Source: Neoechinorhynchus agilis
Lineage: Eukaryota > Animalia > Acanthocephala
DNA length: 64,000 bases
Reading direction: 5' to 3'
Assembly: GCA_051530055.1 (NCBI GenBank)
Contig: CM121342.1
Coordinates: 2,080,797 to 2,144,796 of the forward strand
Below, piece after piece: positions 47,360 to 61,089 of the stretch. A program made the translations under genes and the position numbers. The notes under the pieces were generated by a model that was not told where the DNA came from, did not search any database, and saw only the letters and a list, made by a program, of their open reading frames with translations. The stretch's first letter is position 1. Every line of letters starts with the position of its first letter.

Positions 47360-47730
47360 ACAGCTTCAAAGTTTAAAACACTGACGATTGTTTTTTGCCA
47401 GCAGTCGACGCCATATAAACCAACAGGTCGAATCACTTTTCGATATATTTTAGAGATTTGATACGAACTTTCATATATGGATCGCACATAGCACGTCACT
47501 TGTTCAAAACATCATTGATTCTCGTATTCATCTCAGCTATACGGGAACCGTCAGCCGAGAGTATTGATCCAAGGTATTTAAAGTTATCTGCTCCGTCTAT
47601 ATTCATTTTGCCCGGTTTCAATCTAAACAGTTGCCCCAGATACTTCGTCTTCTGGAAGTTAAAACGCAGCCCAAACAGTGCTAAACGGTCAATCCTTTAC
47701 TAGACTTGATTTGTAAAATTCGTCTTGTCG
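47360..47730 (-). mobile_element. RTE RT fragment (copy 3)
   Basis: Diverged paralog of 560-930. Confidence 0.7.
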
Positions 47731-50700
47731 TTTGTTGCCCCGAAAACATAATCTACCCAACAATTTCAACAGTTATTGAATCTCGCTAAGCTGAAAAATT
47801 GCTTAAATCCTTTTTTCAGTATTTGGACATATTGCTCGTATTTTTTAGGTTTAAAAATATACATAAATTGTGCAGAATATTGGTTTAATGTTATACATAA
47901 CTGTTAAATATTTATAAATGATTATAAAATGTGAGCAATGCGTCCAAGTACGAAAAGGGATTCGAGCACAATTTCAGGGAAGCGACATTTTGAAATTGAT
48001 ATCGTTTTTTCTGCCGCAACGCCATCAATAAAGTAATTTTTAGGCCTGATTACTTTCGAGTGGTGGCGGTTATGGCATTCGACGATGTTCGCATAACAGT
48101 GGCCAGTTCGTACTTGCGGATGTGAGAAACAGCACTGCACTTTTAGACCGATAAACTCGGAAAACTGTATTGAACTTCGGGTGTCGTAGTCAGAACGCTG
48201 TGGAAGGAACAAAATAATCGTCTAATGTAGTTCAAAGGGGTACAGTTTGAAGCGAAGGTGAAAAATCCATTTTATTGGAAGGACGGTCGACCGACACCGC
48301 AATCGGTGCAACTCGAGAAGTCATTCAGAGAATCGAACAGAGGAGAATTGCGAATTGGTAGCCTATCGCGTGCGCAAAACTCCGATGAAGAGAAAGCGGC
48401 CAATTACATTGAACGAGAAAGATTTTGAGCGATTCTCAAATTCGAATTATTCTCAAATTAAATCTATAATGCGCCAAAGAAGCGAATTAGAAAAAAGGAT
48501 TTCAACTCTTATCCGATTTGTGACACACTCGAACTAATCGAAGACGTTAGACGAATTGATCCAAAGACATTAACATGGTAAGCTAATCAAACTGTCAACA
48601 GTCAACCCAGTCTCACGGAACATTTAAATTGGATCCTTTGCATTTGCGAAGTGACTCGGAGAATGCCCTGCACTTAATCGATTGCGCACAAAAATCAGTT
48701 GAAGAATGCAGAACACAGAAAAGAAGCCAAAAGTTAATTATTTGTTATAAGTCAATTGTGTTAGCTGATTAAACGATGCTGCATAGAATATTTATCGTTG
48801 AACAATGAACGTCCGCGGCCACTTACAGTTACTGTCTTTTTGCTAAGTTAGTTTAGAAAATATAACGAATAAATGATTAGCCGTCAACTTCGTATAATAG
48901 ACAAACAACTCATGAATTTTATTTCGACAACATCCGAGTTTGTCGATTGGTATAATGTTAAACGATAAATAGAACAACAAATCTATTGGAAAATTTGCCA
49001 AAAAACACCTTGGTGATCGTTTTTCTAAAATGATTTTTTCTTTGTTGAAATTTCGCCTTATTTTGTAATGCATTACGCGCTCATGGGTAAAACCACATTT
49101 TCCGACTTGGTAGAGCTGTTGTTTATTGTCCGGGAAAAGTCGATTAGACTCATGACTTGGCGCACGATGTAGTTCGTCGGCTCACAGAAACGGACATAAA
49201 ACAAACGAAAACTCGAGAATATCGTTTTAAAAAGATTCGAGCGGAGACCAACTTATGGTTTTGAATCGATTTATACCGTTTAGTTGATTCATCGGTAAAC
49301 AAGGATCTGATGATGACAAAGCTAAGAACATTCGTTTACGGGACGGAAACTTCTCATGTTGCAAATATATCCAGCAAAAGGCATCGATGCCAAGATTCAA
49401 GGTTATACAACTATAAAAATTCTAACGAATAGTCGCGATTACGGCTATCTATCGAAAGCTTGCAAAATTATGCACCCGATTTGGTGTTTACAGCAGATTT
49501 TGCATCTTCTACAGGTGGAATGAACTCTTACTGTCCTGCTTATAGTCTGTGGTTACCACCTATAAATCTACGACCACTTGGTTTGTGGGCGGCTCGTCAT
49601 AGCTCTCACCACGCCGATTCCTAGGCATCATCTCTTTATCAAGGAAGCTATGGCACGGCACGGGAATCCGATGAAAAAAATATATGACTACCTACCGACA
49701 AACTTTTGAAAAACTAGCTGCCAATGTCTTAAAAGATTCATGCTCAGAATTGCTCGACTCACTGAGAGACGAAGGTTCCCTTGGGTCGTTCTTGAATAGT
49801 TACCGAACCATCATTACCACATTTGGCTTATCAACACAATGCGGGATTGTACCCAACGGGGCAACACGGCAAGCGTGGTAACAACGGCCCAATGGAGTGG
49901 CGCGGAATGATGGATATAATGAAAACTAAAAGATTGAATTATTGATATTGTTGCATCTTTAAAAAAAATAAATGCATAACATTTTTAAAAGAAAATTGTA
50001 AAAATGACACTTCGATGGTACGAAGGTTATATCATTCGCACCAGAGGTCGTTCGATTCATCAGAGAACAAAGCAGAACGACGCGGTAGACACGAATGCAA
50101 CGATGGAAAGCAGACGACGATTTGGAAGGTACGAAAAAACAGAAGAATTTGTCGTCTATTTAATGATTTGGGGCCCGTTTAAATTTATATCGTCATTTTT
50201 TAATCGAAAAAATAATTTGTGAAATCATCGGTTGAAAATTCTTCGGGTTTTCATTGTTTGCATGTGTTTGCGACTCGTGGAATGTCTCCAATAAATCACA
50301 TATGCTACTACCGGGAGTATTTTCACCAAAATTATAATTTGTGAAATGTAGCCACAAAGTCTTTGTGATCGAAGTTTTTTTAGTTTTAGAGCAATTTTAG
50401 TCGCTTTCTAAGTTGTTACGTAAAAAATTGGTAGAAAGTTCAACATTGATGCGGCGGACAGCCTCAAGTTTCCTCTAATAGAAACTTACATTCGATTTTT
50501 GAAGCTGTTTCAGTCGCTTAACTCAGTTCATAAATCGCAGCGTAATCGGAAATAAGCAAAAACCGCTCCATTCAGAACGATCAATTGAAACCGTAACCAA
50601 AAACGTTAAAAACCATTGCGTGAATTTTCTAAATAGCGCATAACAAACTGCTCCTCAAAGTAGTATCGCGGTTACATTTTGAACCGGTTCATCCAAGCAC

Positions 50701-50759
50701 CGTTCCAAAAAATGTTTGCAGCGCGTAGTTTTGGTGTTGATAAAAATTGCGCTCAGCAA

Positions 50760-53380
50760 AAAAAGCTTTTTGAAAGATCCGGATCCTCCGGATGATAGAG
50801 GAGGAGGTGTGTATGTGAGACGGGAATCGGTCAATACGATCTCGCCGTTGTTTCCTCCATGTTGCGTGAATGTGAGACAGTTAGATCTTCCATAGATCAT
50901 TCCACCTTTTTCCCTCCCACATTTCCCCTTCACAATCCATGAAAGGTTTCAAACGACTTACCAGAAAAGAAGACTATATTATCAAAATTGTCAAAGAAGA
51001 ATCGGGAGACCGTACTTCCGCATTCCTGACCAAGTCATTCTTCTTTCCTAAAGGTTACGCTTCAAAAAAAACAACAATTTAAAAAGCTTTTTCAGCACCA
51101 AGTTTGCTTCTATGTTTGTCTTCTTTGACATATTGGGTAAAGAGTTATTCTTGAAAATGCTTAAAGAGCTACATATTAATTACGTTGATATGCCACGTAA
51201 AGTGACATTCCTTATGTATAACCCCCCCCTGATCTTTCTCAGGAGGAATTTGCGGATATCCAAAAAAAATTCGGGATTTCTCCAATAAAATATGTATGAA
51301 AGGACATGATAACTCTGAACCCAATGCCCTAACGTGCTCAGCTTCTCTAAATATCGCTGAAAAAAATCCGTGGCTCTGGACTAGGGATTAGATCGCACTG
51401 GGTCACCTTTTCTGCCCTTAAAGAGTCAATTTATGACTTCAACCTTATTATATGTCAAAAATGCTCCCGCTGGGGTCACGTGGCTTCTAATTGCCCACAT
51501 AAAGCTAGGTGCCTTCTATGTGCTGGAAGTCATACAAAAAAGAGTGTCAGGGAGAGTCGATAAAATGTGCAAATTGCTCAGAATCCCATCCGGCATTCGC
51601 CCGAGAAATGCAGATATACAAAAGAATACCTTGAAGTATCGCTATAGAGTTCCAGGCCAAACTTGGCCAAGACAAAATATCTCGCTAGCAGTACAACGGG
51701 GCAGTGCTGCCAGCGTGATGGCGACGGTCGAGGAAGGACAAAAGCTGGAATTCGGCGGGAGGTGGTGAATGTCCTTCAAACAGATTGTTTGAATTGTTAA
51801 AAATATATTATGTTTTTTTAAAAAACAGTTCAATTAACTAATATGTCTACTGCCACAAACATTTCGGACACTGTCCGAACCCCCATTTCTGAAATATTAC
51901 AAACTATTCAAAACATTCCCTGTATCCCTGATAGGGGGGAAAAGAGGCCCACCCCCCCCTTTCAGAATCAGATGACGACTCAAGTCAATGTAACCCATAT
52001 AAAGATCCCAAAAAGCAGAAGTTACCTACCCCGCAATGAATATAAATCAATATGACATTAGGAAATTCTCTTTTCGCACATACAACGCCTCAAGATCATA
52101 TAGTCATCCCCCACACCTACTAATGAATATCTCTAACAAAATACCGAACCTTCTATGCTTTCAAGGAACCGGACCGTTATCATTATTGGATGATAACTGT
52201 TACGAAGGTTTTATAATCATCCTTCTGCTCCAAGAACCAACGCTTATATTGGCTTTTGTGGAGGCTTACAAATTTTTATAAAAAATAGATCTTGCTCCTA
52301 AACACTTATTATCGATTAATAATGACCTCTGCTTAAAGCAAATAATACAGATTAATAATCCTTTTAACTCCTGTTACACGCAACTCCAGCCGCATTTCAT
52401 AATCATGTCTACATTCGCCCTCGATCTGTAAATAATTTCATTAAACAATACTCCTCCTTTTTAAAGTTCTGGAACCCAGACTTTATTATAGGAGATTTTA
52501 ACTCTAATTTCTTATCATCTATAAGACCTTTATTCAACGATCATACCTTCCTTATTCCTCAATTCCCTTCATTTCATAACTTTTCACAGGGTAGACACTC
52601 TTTTATTGATGGAGCGATCATTAGAAATAATGTCGCTCTGGATTTTGCCCCTATATTACAATTCCAATCCCAATTATTATTGGGTCATGATCTTATAATC
52701 TTTAGCTCATCGGGACCTAACTTAAAAGATTTTTTTACTTTTAACCAAGTTCACATCAATAATTTTAATAACTTCATATTAGAAGAGCTAAGTGCTAGTA
52801 GAAATATTTCTTTATACTCTTAAATGACATTCTATTACGTGCGGCGAAGAAAACGCTGATAATCTCATCTTTCTTTAAACGATCTCAACTATCTAAAGAG
52901 GCAAAATTCTTCTATAAAGGGGCCATTCTTGCTAATCTTCGTGGCAATCGTGCATTACATGATAACTTCATAAAAGAGTTTTTCAAAGCCAAATTCTATG
53001 ATCGAATCTTGAAAGATAAAGCGATCTATAAAAAAATTTTTCTCAAAAGTTCTGGTCTATAGTCTTAAATCGAAAACCGGTGAGCTGGGAAGCTAGAGCA
53101 GCGAACTGGATAGGATCGGTATCATATCCATCCGTTATTGAACAGCTTTTAACATATCATACTTTTAGTGTATCTAATAATCTCCCCATCACCATTTTAT
53201 CAAACAAACATTTTAGATGGCACTTCAATTTAACGGATTTATTTTCAGCCTGCAAAAATAACTCCTCAAAAGCCTTTAATAAATTTTCAGTCTCCCCTAA
53301 AATCTTCACGGCAATACACGGATCAGTTTTTACTCTATTCCACTCTAAATTTTTATTATCTAAGCTAGACTTCAATGACC
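50760..53380 (+). mobile_element. Highly decayed two-ORF LINE related to 32790-38272
   Basis: DPDPPDD-type ORF1 start and knuckle remnant (gatcgcactgggtcaccttttctgccc); APE remnants FSFRTYN...LLCFQ and FIIGDFNS; RT-start LPITILS. Confidence 0.55.
51560..51770 (+). mobile_element. CRE-like 3' fragment nested in the decayed LINE
   Basis: RQNISLAVQRGSAASVMAT. Confidence 0.65.
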
Positions 53381-53891
53381 AGTAGTTTAAATTTAGGAGA
53401 TTATTGATTCGCTACTGTTAATGATATCTGTGATTTGTAATCAATTCGACCTATTGATTCAGTTTCGTCCTTTTTAAATGAACTTCGTCTTTTCCCCTCT
53501 TCATTAATAAACTGAATGTTTCGTTATCTCGCGCTTGTAGCCGAGAAATTGTCGATTTTTTCGTCGACTCACCATGATGGACATCGATATAACCGAATGC
53601 ATCCTCGGAATTTTAGCAACAATATCGAAATATTCATTCAGAGTGAATTCACCATTTTAAATCAACTCGCTTGAGACCCAGATTCAACTCGGACCGGTGT
53701 GTATATTTGGAACTGAACTCATTTTTATTGGTTTTACTTTGTGACTTAAACAAGTTGTTGGGGATGTGATATTTCCTTATGAAGAACGGAGTTGGCGCAC
53801 GCAACTTTAATATTAATTTACATTTGTTCATGCGATTGTTCTTGGTTTAAATTGGGTAAATGTCTAATTCGTTTATTTTACAATTTCGTTT

Positions 53892-54420
53892 TCATTGCTG
53901 TAAACATCCCGACGTTGCCTGTATACTGGCAGCGTTCCCCCGCTGTATCGCAATTGCGATTCGTTGAGTGAGGAAATTTCTGGAGCGCGGTTCCCCCGTC
54001 ATCCTTTTCGTCCTTCGTCCCAAATCGTCGAGGAGAGTGAGCGATAATGGTCCCAAGGCTCCATACGTTTCCACGGCAAAAGGGACGAAATGGTAATTCC
54101 TTAGGAGCTCTCTATATTTTGAACGCTTTCGTTCCTCAGCTACGACCGCTGAACCTTCAGGGTTCTTTTTTGAAAAGGGAAAATTACTGGGGGCAAGCGT
54201 GTCCACACAAGTCGCATCCCATAAAAGCGGTTTTCCCTCCCGCCATGGAAAAACCGGGACACCGTCAGGTCGCTTGCTGTCTAGGTGGCATAAATTACTT
54301 GGCTCTAGAATATTAGGCACGTGAACGGAATCTAGGGCTCTACTCAAAATTGAGTTCAACTCTGCGTGTCTTGGAAACCACCCTCTGGACATTTTACAGC
54401 AGAGGCCGTGTCTGTTGCTG
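53892..54420 (-). mobile_element. CRE-like element 3' end with open REL endonuclease frame (166 aa)
   Basis: RHAELN...KRPDGVPVFPWREGKPLLWDATCVDTLA...AEERKRSKY...FVPFAVETYGALG...IAIQRGNAASI. Confidence 0.9.
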
Positions 54421-54599
54421 ACTGAAATGTTGTTCTCGTTTCAAATACTCATTAGTGGAAAAACGCTAGGTTGATGAACTCCAATGCTCAGCAGGTTTCG
54501 CGGCGTGGTTACTGTAACATTTAACGCTCAGATATTGCCTCTTGTTTGCATCCTTAGTTTTGAATAGTGTTTTAGAGGTAAAATATGCATCTTGATTTG

Positions 54600-54960
54600 A
54601 AAGTATCGCTCTATTTTATGTGTTATTTTAATAAAAACGAGCGAAAATGTTTTCTAAATCCATGAGTTGAGAGAAGCAGATTAGAGCGCACCTCTTGTGA
54701 AACGTATGAAGTTTTGGGAAAGGTTCGAAAAAAATTGCAAAAGTTTGGGTATGCGTAGGTGATCATTGGTAGGATGGCTGATATATATTAGTACTTAAGA
54801 TCTTTGGATGATAATCCAAGGAATCGCAGGCGCTTAGGAATATAGAGCTTAATAGAACCTTTGTGCAACAAAATAGATACCAAGGATACGAACATAGGAG
54901 ACACGGTTGATAGGGAAAGTTAGAAGCGGTTGATCAGAAGAGCTATTTATAATAATAACA
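54600..54960 (-). mobile_element. CR1/L2-like LINE 3' coding fragment
   Basis: VSYVRILGIYF...(R)LYFLKRLRFLGLSSKDL...ITYAYP-type C-terminal remnants. Confidence 0.55.
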
Positions 54961-54974
54961 CGACGGCGGATTAG

Positions 54975-57150
54975 CGATTTGGAAATGTTGCAAAATGCGG
55001 GGTAACCGTAGGTGAGGGATGCTTGAGGGCGAGAGTGATGTGCGAGTCCCATTTCAAATTTGATTGAAATTGGATACCCAGAATTCTTAGGGAGGTTACT
55101 CGTAGGATGCCACTTAGAAGCTGAGGGGATGATGTGGTGTTGCGGGAGAAGGTGATCATTTCGAAGCATTTAGAGAAATTCAGATGGAGTTTGCGATTGG
55201 TGCAGAAATCTTTTATGTGTGTGATTTCTTTAGAGGTTAAAGAAAGGGAGAGGTGGGGTGGTGAATGGGTGATGATAGTGATATCGTCGGCGCTTAAGAA
55301 GAATTTAGAGTGAGAGGAGAAAGGTTTGAGGTTGTTTAGAAAAGTATTAAAGAGAAGCGGTGACAGCACAGCACCTTGAGGTGCGCTTTTGGAGAGGGAT
55401 AGGCTGATAGAAAGGGTAGAACCGCAGTAAATGTATTGTGTGCAATTGTGAAGACAAGATTCGAGCCAGCGGATCTGCCACAAGTTGAGACCAAAATCGG
55501 AGCAGGCCCGGAGAATAAGTGAATGGTCCACTGAGTCGAAAGCTTTTAATAAATCAAGTTGAATGAGACGGGTGACTTGGGAGGGATTATTGTCGAGGTT
55601 ACGTAGAAGCGTGTCATAAATGCAAAGTAGGGCATCGGTTGCGGAATATCTGGATCGGAAGCTAAATTGTAGGGGCGATAACTTTTCGTGGAGAAGTGAA
55701 AGAGGGCGAGATTTAAAACATTTTTCGGTGATTTTTGAAAGAGAGGGTAGAATGGAAATTGGGCGGAATGATTCGGCCGAAATAGAATGCGTTTTTTTGG
55801 AACGAGTATAACTGTGGCAGTTTTCAGGCAACAGGGGTAGATGCCATATAAAAAGCTGAGGTTTATAATGTGGGTAATAGGGTCGAGAATTTTGGGGATG
55901 ATGCAGCGAAGAGCCCACTTTGGGATTTCGGATTGAGAGGACGAATTTTTAGGTAATTTCATGAGATACTTTAGTACTTAATGACGAGACTGAGGGTAGT
56001 AACGGCCGGTTGACAAAATTTTCAAAGATTGTGTGGAGACTGATGTTGAGCAGCGAATGCAAATTGAGTCAGGGCAGAGGTTCTGATTAATGGAATCTAG
56101 AGCCTATTTTAATTCAGCGGAGGACAAATTAGGGTAGGGATCCGGGTGGCGTAGACCAAGAGAGTCCTTAACGGCTCCCCACCATGTTGACCTGCCACCT
56201 GATCGAATTTTAGAGGAAGGAAGTTTTTGAGGCGATAAGTATTTTGTTAGTAAGTGCTTTTCGTAAACGGGGAGAGTTTGGGGGCCATAGAAGCTTGTTT
56301 TTGAAGAAGTTTCAGAATGGGAGTTATCCATCGAGGGTCGCGGTTGGAGATCTTAATGAACTTCTTGGGAATTGCCGAAGTTAGGGAATTTTCTATGTTT
56401 GAGGTTAGGGAGGACACAGCCAAGGAAGGGTCATTTGTGTTGTCAGAGTGGAATGTGCGGATGTTAGAGTTGAATAATTTTATAAAATTTTGGATGTGAT
56501 GATCACGTTTATCCCAGACGGGTAAACGGGAAGAGTTCATGCGCTGAGGTGGGTGTAGGGAGTGATAATGGCAGAAGAATGGTCAGAGTTCGCGGGCGGA
56601 GGGAGTTTAGAGACGGATGAGTAGGCGTCGATATTTGTGGACACTTTGTCAAGGTGAGTGTCAAGACGAGTTAGGAAGTCAATAAGTTGATGCAACTCGG
56701 AGAAGGGTAGAAGAATAAATAGATTATTGAAGTCCCCTGCAATTAGGAAATGGTGCGAATTTGTGGAGTTTATGAACTCCATCATAAAGTCAATTTGGAG
56801 CTAAGACTCAGGTCGAGAGGCCGGAGGACGATAGACGCCAGCAATGGTGAATTCCCTAAGGCCATTTCTCAGAGGAGCTATGAAATGGACTGCGATGAGT
56901 TCTAAATCGGGATTTTGAAGGGGGCCTGTGAGCGATAAAGAGTAAGGTAACGGTTGCCGTACGTAAATTGAAACGCCTCTCCTTGGCGGTCATCACGAAT
57001 TCTATGGAAGGAAGAGTACCGGGAAGGATGGCTGAATCACTGTTGAAGGGGGTAAGCCACGTTTCTATTAAGATGACTAATTCGACTTTTGAGGTAGATG
57101 AAATTAGTGAAATTTCATCTAGTTTAGGAAGGAGGCTACGAGTATTGGAG
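54975..57150 (-). mobile_element. CR1/L2-like LINE, near-complete decayed ORF2 (APE plus RT)
   Basis: YSNTRSLLPKLDEI...ILIETWL, FLIAGDFN, LDK..NSDH, FRPISILPSLSKITEK, DLLKAFDSVDH, PQGAVLSPLLF, SADD, LRILGIQFQSNLKW. Confidence 0.9.
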
Positions 57151-57159
57151 TAGAAAACG

Positions 57160-58480
57160 GTGGGGAAGGGAATTTTTGATTTCGGGAAATCGGGGGCGGA
57201 GGTGAGAGAGATTGGTGCTGCTTTGTTCGTTGCTCGGGAAATCGGGAGCGGAGGAATCGGGGTACAATTTCGAAGTTCTTGGTTAGGTTAAGGGTAAGAC
57301 ATTTAGGGGAGCAAAATGCTTGAACGTGACAAATCTCGTTAGAAGTATTTGAGAGTGAGAGGGGAGCCGGTGCACGCGTAATGATTGTAAGATCATCAGC
57401 ATACAAGAAGTATTCTGATTTATGGCATACCTTCCTCGGCGTTTTAGTTTTCCTTCTTGGTATGAAGCCACAACGATCTCTTATATCAGAGAAGTAATTG
57501 AATCACTTAGACTGATGCAGAAGTATTTTGAATAAGAAGAGGATGGATTAAGATCGCTCAGGAAAATGTTTAAAAGAATAGCGGAGAGAATAGTCTCTCG
57601 GGAGAACTCCTTCGTGGATTGTTAAGGTGTTGCAGGCGATGCTCCCTATTTTGATAAATTGTAATCTATTGTTTAGAAAGGAACATCAACAGTTTGATTT
57701 GCCGGGCGGCAAAAACAAATTTAGAACATGTATCAAGGAGAAGATTGTGATCGACAAAATCAGCTGTAGAAGCTGAGTACGCCGGCGTAGATCTGGAAGG
57801 GTTTGATGTTTTGTTTGTGTTCGAGTGAGAGTCACAAAATAGCACATTGATAGAGTTTAGTGTAGCAATTATTTCGGAGTTTCATAGGTTCGAGAAAGGT
57901 TTTCGTCTTTCTATACCTAGGGCACTTTTCTTGTTTTTCCACCAGAGGTGAGTAAGAGATGAGGCGAGTTTATGTGCAAGAAAGGTCTTCTGCAGGTTGA
58001 GAACGCGATAAGTAAAAGAGGATTGAAGGAGGGGGGAAATCCGGATTGCTTGTGTGGCATACTTTATTCACCCTTATTTTGAACATTTTCAAGAAAGGGA
58101 ACATTCAAGGTGAGTCTCGATTGGAAAGGCGACTGGTTTTGCCAGATAAGAGTATATTAGTTAGAGAAAGCATAACCTCGGAGGGGTTCGGGTGAAAATA
58201 GATTTTCTGTGTGAAGAGAGATTACGCGAGACCAATTTGGTAAATGCGAATGTGTTGAACTCCCTTAGCCCAGACCGTAAAGTGGGATAACCGGAGACTG
58301 AGGAGGAGCGGAGGGAGAGGATTATTGCGCAATGGTCTGAGGATGAGATTGGAGGTACTTTTTTAGCAGCCTTGTATCTGTGGATTTTAGTAAAGATTCT
58401 ATCTAGATGTGAGTTGTGGCGGGTAGAAAATTTTACTAACTGGGCGCAGTCACGGTGTTATATAGGTGGAATCGGAGGAA
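57160..58480 (-). mobile_element. Further internally deleted CR1/L2-like LINE fragment
   Basis: HLDRIFT...PPISSSDHCAI (APE end) and MYADDLTIIT (RT). Confidence 0.65.
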
Positions 58481-58847
58481 GGAACGAAATACAACAGCAA
58501 CAAATTAAACCAACCAAAATCAAATAAATAAAAATCAACTAACGGACCAGAAACAATTCTACCACGGAAACGAAACAACGTTCAAGATCTATTTGGTCAT
58601 CAAAATTTAAATTATCATGAACTGGAGCAAAGACTAAACCTCATAACCTAACAATCTCTAATGCGCATTAGTGCTCGGAGGACCCAAAGATACATGAGTC
58701 CTTTGCTTTGTTAACTAACAAATAAACGTGTTATTATTGACATCACCAAGAATGATTAGATATTAAAGACCAAGAGAGTAATTATCCGTTATCAGTGCAT
58801 CAATCTCCTGCGATGCCATTTGTAGATTGGGTGAGGGAGGACGATAG

Positions 58848-59240
58848 TTACTGATAATAGTAAAATTTCGGCTGCTTGAGCGCGTTATGTAGATGTGCTC
58901 TAATTATGGTGATTGGTATGGAGCTGAGTGGGAGAGGGAGTAAGGGAGGTCGGACCGAATGAAAATGGAGACCGCCTCCTACGCAATCGTCTCTGTAAGA
59001 GTGAAAAGAAGTGTAGCCAGGGATCAAGGCCATGTCGAATTTTGAGGAGCGCAGCCATGTTTCCACAATGATCAATATGTTTGCGTTGGTGGTAGTGGCT
59101 AAAAGCGAAAGATGATCTATTTTAGGTAACAGAATTCTTATGATAGTGAAAAGAATGGAGGGAAAGCTATGGACTATTCCCTGAATCTCTTTCGTTAATG
59201 CAACTAAAACTTCGATCGTATGTCGTAGTTTAGGGAGCAT
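58848..59240 (-). mobile_element. CR1/L2-like APE N-terminal fragment
   Basis: LLPKIDHLSLL...ILIIVETWL...IPGYTSFHSYRDDCVGGG. Confidence 0.75.
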
Positions 59241-59354
59241 TTGCCATCAACATCCCCGTTTTATGATTGCGAAAATCTGGCCTATGTTTCATAAGAACAT
59301 TTCTACAAAAATAAACTTATAGTTCTATCCAATTGTTCCTTAGAGTGGACGTGC

Positions 59355-59489
59355 ATTCTCAAAGGCGAATTGTAACACACTCGAGTTTTATTGAAATCAA
59401 TCTATGCTTGAGAAGGAGGCTGAGGCCTTGAAAATTCGCAAGATTGATTTCAATAAAACTCGAGTGTGTTACAATTCGCCATTGAGAAT
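59355..59489. repeat. 135-bp hairpin / MITE-like element with 49-bp inverted arms
   Basis: 59355-59403 and 59441-59489 are reverse complements with one mismatch; 37-bp spacer; no clear TSD. Confidence 0.8.
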
Positions 59490-60333
59490 AAACTTATAGC
59501 TACGTGAAGATCAAATGGATTGGAACAGAATATCCGCCGCTGTATTTATAGTTGAAAAACGGTCGAAAATTTGGCGAGAATGAATGAAGAGAGACTGCCG
59601 AAACAAATCATAATGTGCACAATTCGAAAAATCAATCCAGAAGAGCTTCAAAGAAGAGATTTGAAGACCAAGCAAAAAATCATGAAAAACCGGAAACAAA
59701 ACGCCACCAAACTCCTTAGAAAAGAACGATGTTCCAACTGGTGAAATCTTGTCATGTATTCAATTCTCATGATGTCCGACTTCAGCCATGGAAAATTTCA
59801 CTAAATAGTCTGGACGAATCCTATGCCGAAAGGAATTGTAGAACGAGCAAGCAAAAAATGAGATTAAATGGACTATAAATGATAAGCGTAAAAACTTATG
59901 ATCTTTATTTTCCATAAAAACGACTAACGCTCGAATTTTCAATATTAGTTTGCCAAATGCTCTAAGTACAAATGAAAACGCTTGTATAAGTCGGTAAAAT
60001 TCCTTGAGCGTAATTGAGGAAACTTGATCTTCACTGAACTTGTGGTATAAAGGAGTTGAGTGGGGCTTTAAAATCTCGTTCAACTTTTGTTCAAAACAAT
60101 TCGGATTACATCACAATGCATTGCCGCCATCAAACACCTTGCACTAAACCATTTGGCCAAGAGCTTGTTGAAAACAACGACGACGTCATCCCGAACAAGG
60201 TCAATGTTTTTGTTTTCAAATTTGGAAACGTCAGCGTCAAAACCGACCTTACCTTTCCAAAGATCCGCTTAATCATTGAAGGTCGATTTAGCTTTCTCGG
60301 ATTTTTTGGATTATTATCTTTGAGGGAAAAGAA

Positions 60334-60578
60334 ACTTTCTTTTTCTTAGTTATACCATCGCTCGTATTTACTAATTTATTTTCTCGATATTTCACCTTTC
60401 GGATAATTCCGACATTTCCTCAAAGTTCGCCATCTAAAACACGCAAATTATAGCGTTATCCTATGGACTGTTTATCGTCGGGCAACGAAGAATTACCCCA
60501 AGTGCTTGATACCGGGGAAATAAATTAGTGGAAAAAAACGAAAAAAATCCGATATGGCAAAACTAAGAAAAAGAAAGT
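60334..60578. repeat. Short inverted repeat pair, possible old MITE
   Basis: actttctttttcttagtt (60334-60351) and aactaagaaaaagaaagt (60561-60578) are an exact 18-bp inverted pair. Confidence 0.4.
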
Positions 60579-60599
60579 CTCTCGAATACGTCGTCTTCC

Positions 60600-60845
60600 C
60601 TTGACAAACGCAACCGACGAACACGCCGTTTCGTACGTAACGGTTGCGTAGCACACAACGTACACGAACGCAACTAGATTCTTTTGGCGTCAGTCGTGAT
60701 GTGTGACGTCCGGAACCGTGGAATGTACGCGTCTTACGTCACAATGACGATTGGGAAACGCACGCGCTCGAAAAGCTAGGCGAGCTCGCGCGGGTTTTCG
60801 CATATGCGGGAAGCCTCCGTCATCATAACCGATCTTCCTACAGAT
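60600..60845. promoter_or_regulatory. CpG-rich putative promoter region ~1.2 kb upstream of PIAS
   Basis: Local CpG enrichment in an AT-rich background, with TGACGTC next to CCGGAA (60704-60715), ATTGG and CGCGCG motifs, then tcttcctacag (possible acceptor, 60843). Function is inferred. Confidence 0.35.
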
Positions 60846-61089
60846 TCCAGAAGTATTAATGGATATTCCTCCAACAAATACGAGTAGCTCTGTGTGGATG
60901 TTTAAAGATGGAAATGTGGGAGTTAGGCAGGTTTGTCAATTAAAAACCGTTATTTGTAACGATTTCAAATGCGTCATGATATTATTGAGTTTTTTACGGA
61001 ATCTTTACAAACGTTGTTTTTTAGTCATAAGCTGCCGATAAGTCGTTACGTGGTTTTTTACTTTTTCCCCAAATGTGGAACTTTAAGCC

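Noticed and set aside
53400-53890. Short minus-strand coding-like frames
   Set aside because: Under ~60 codons, with no recognisable motif and no paralog in the window.
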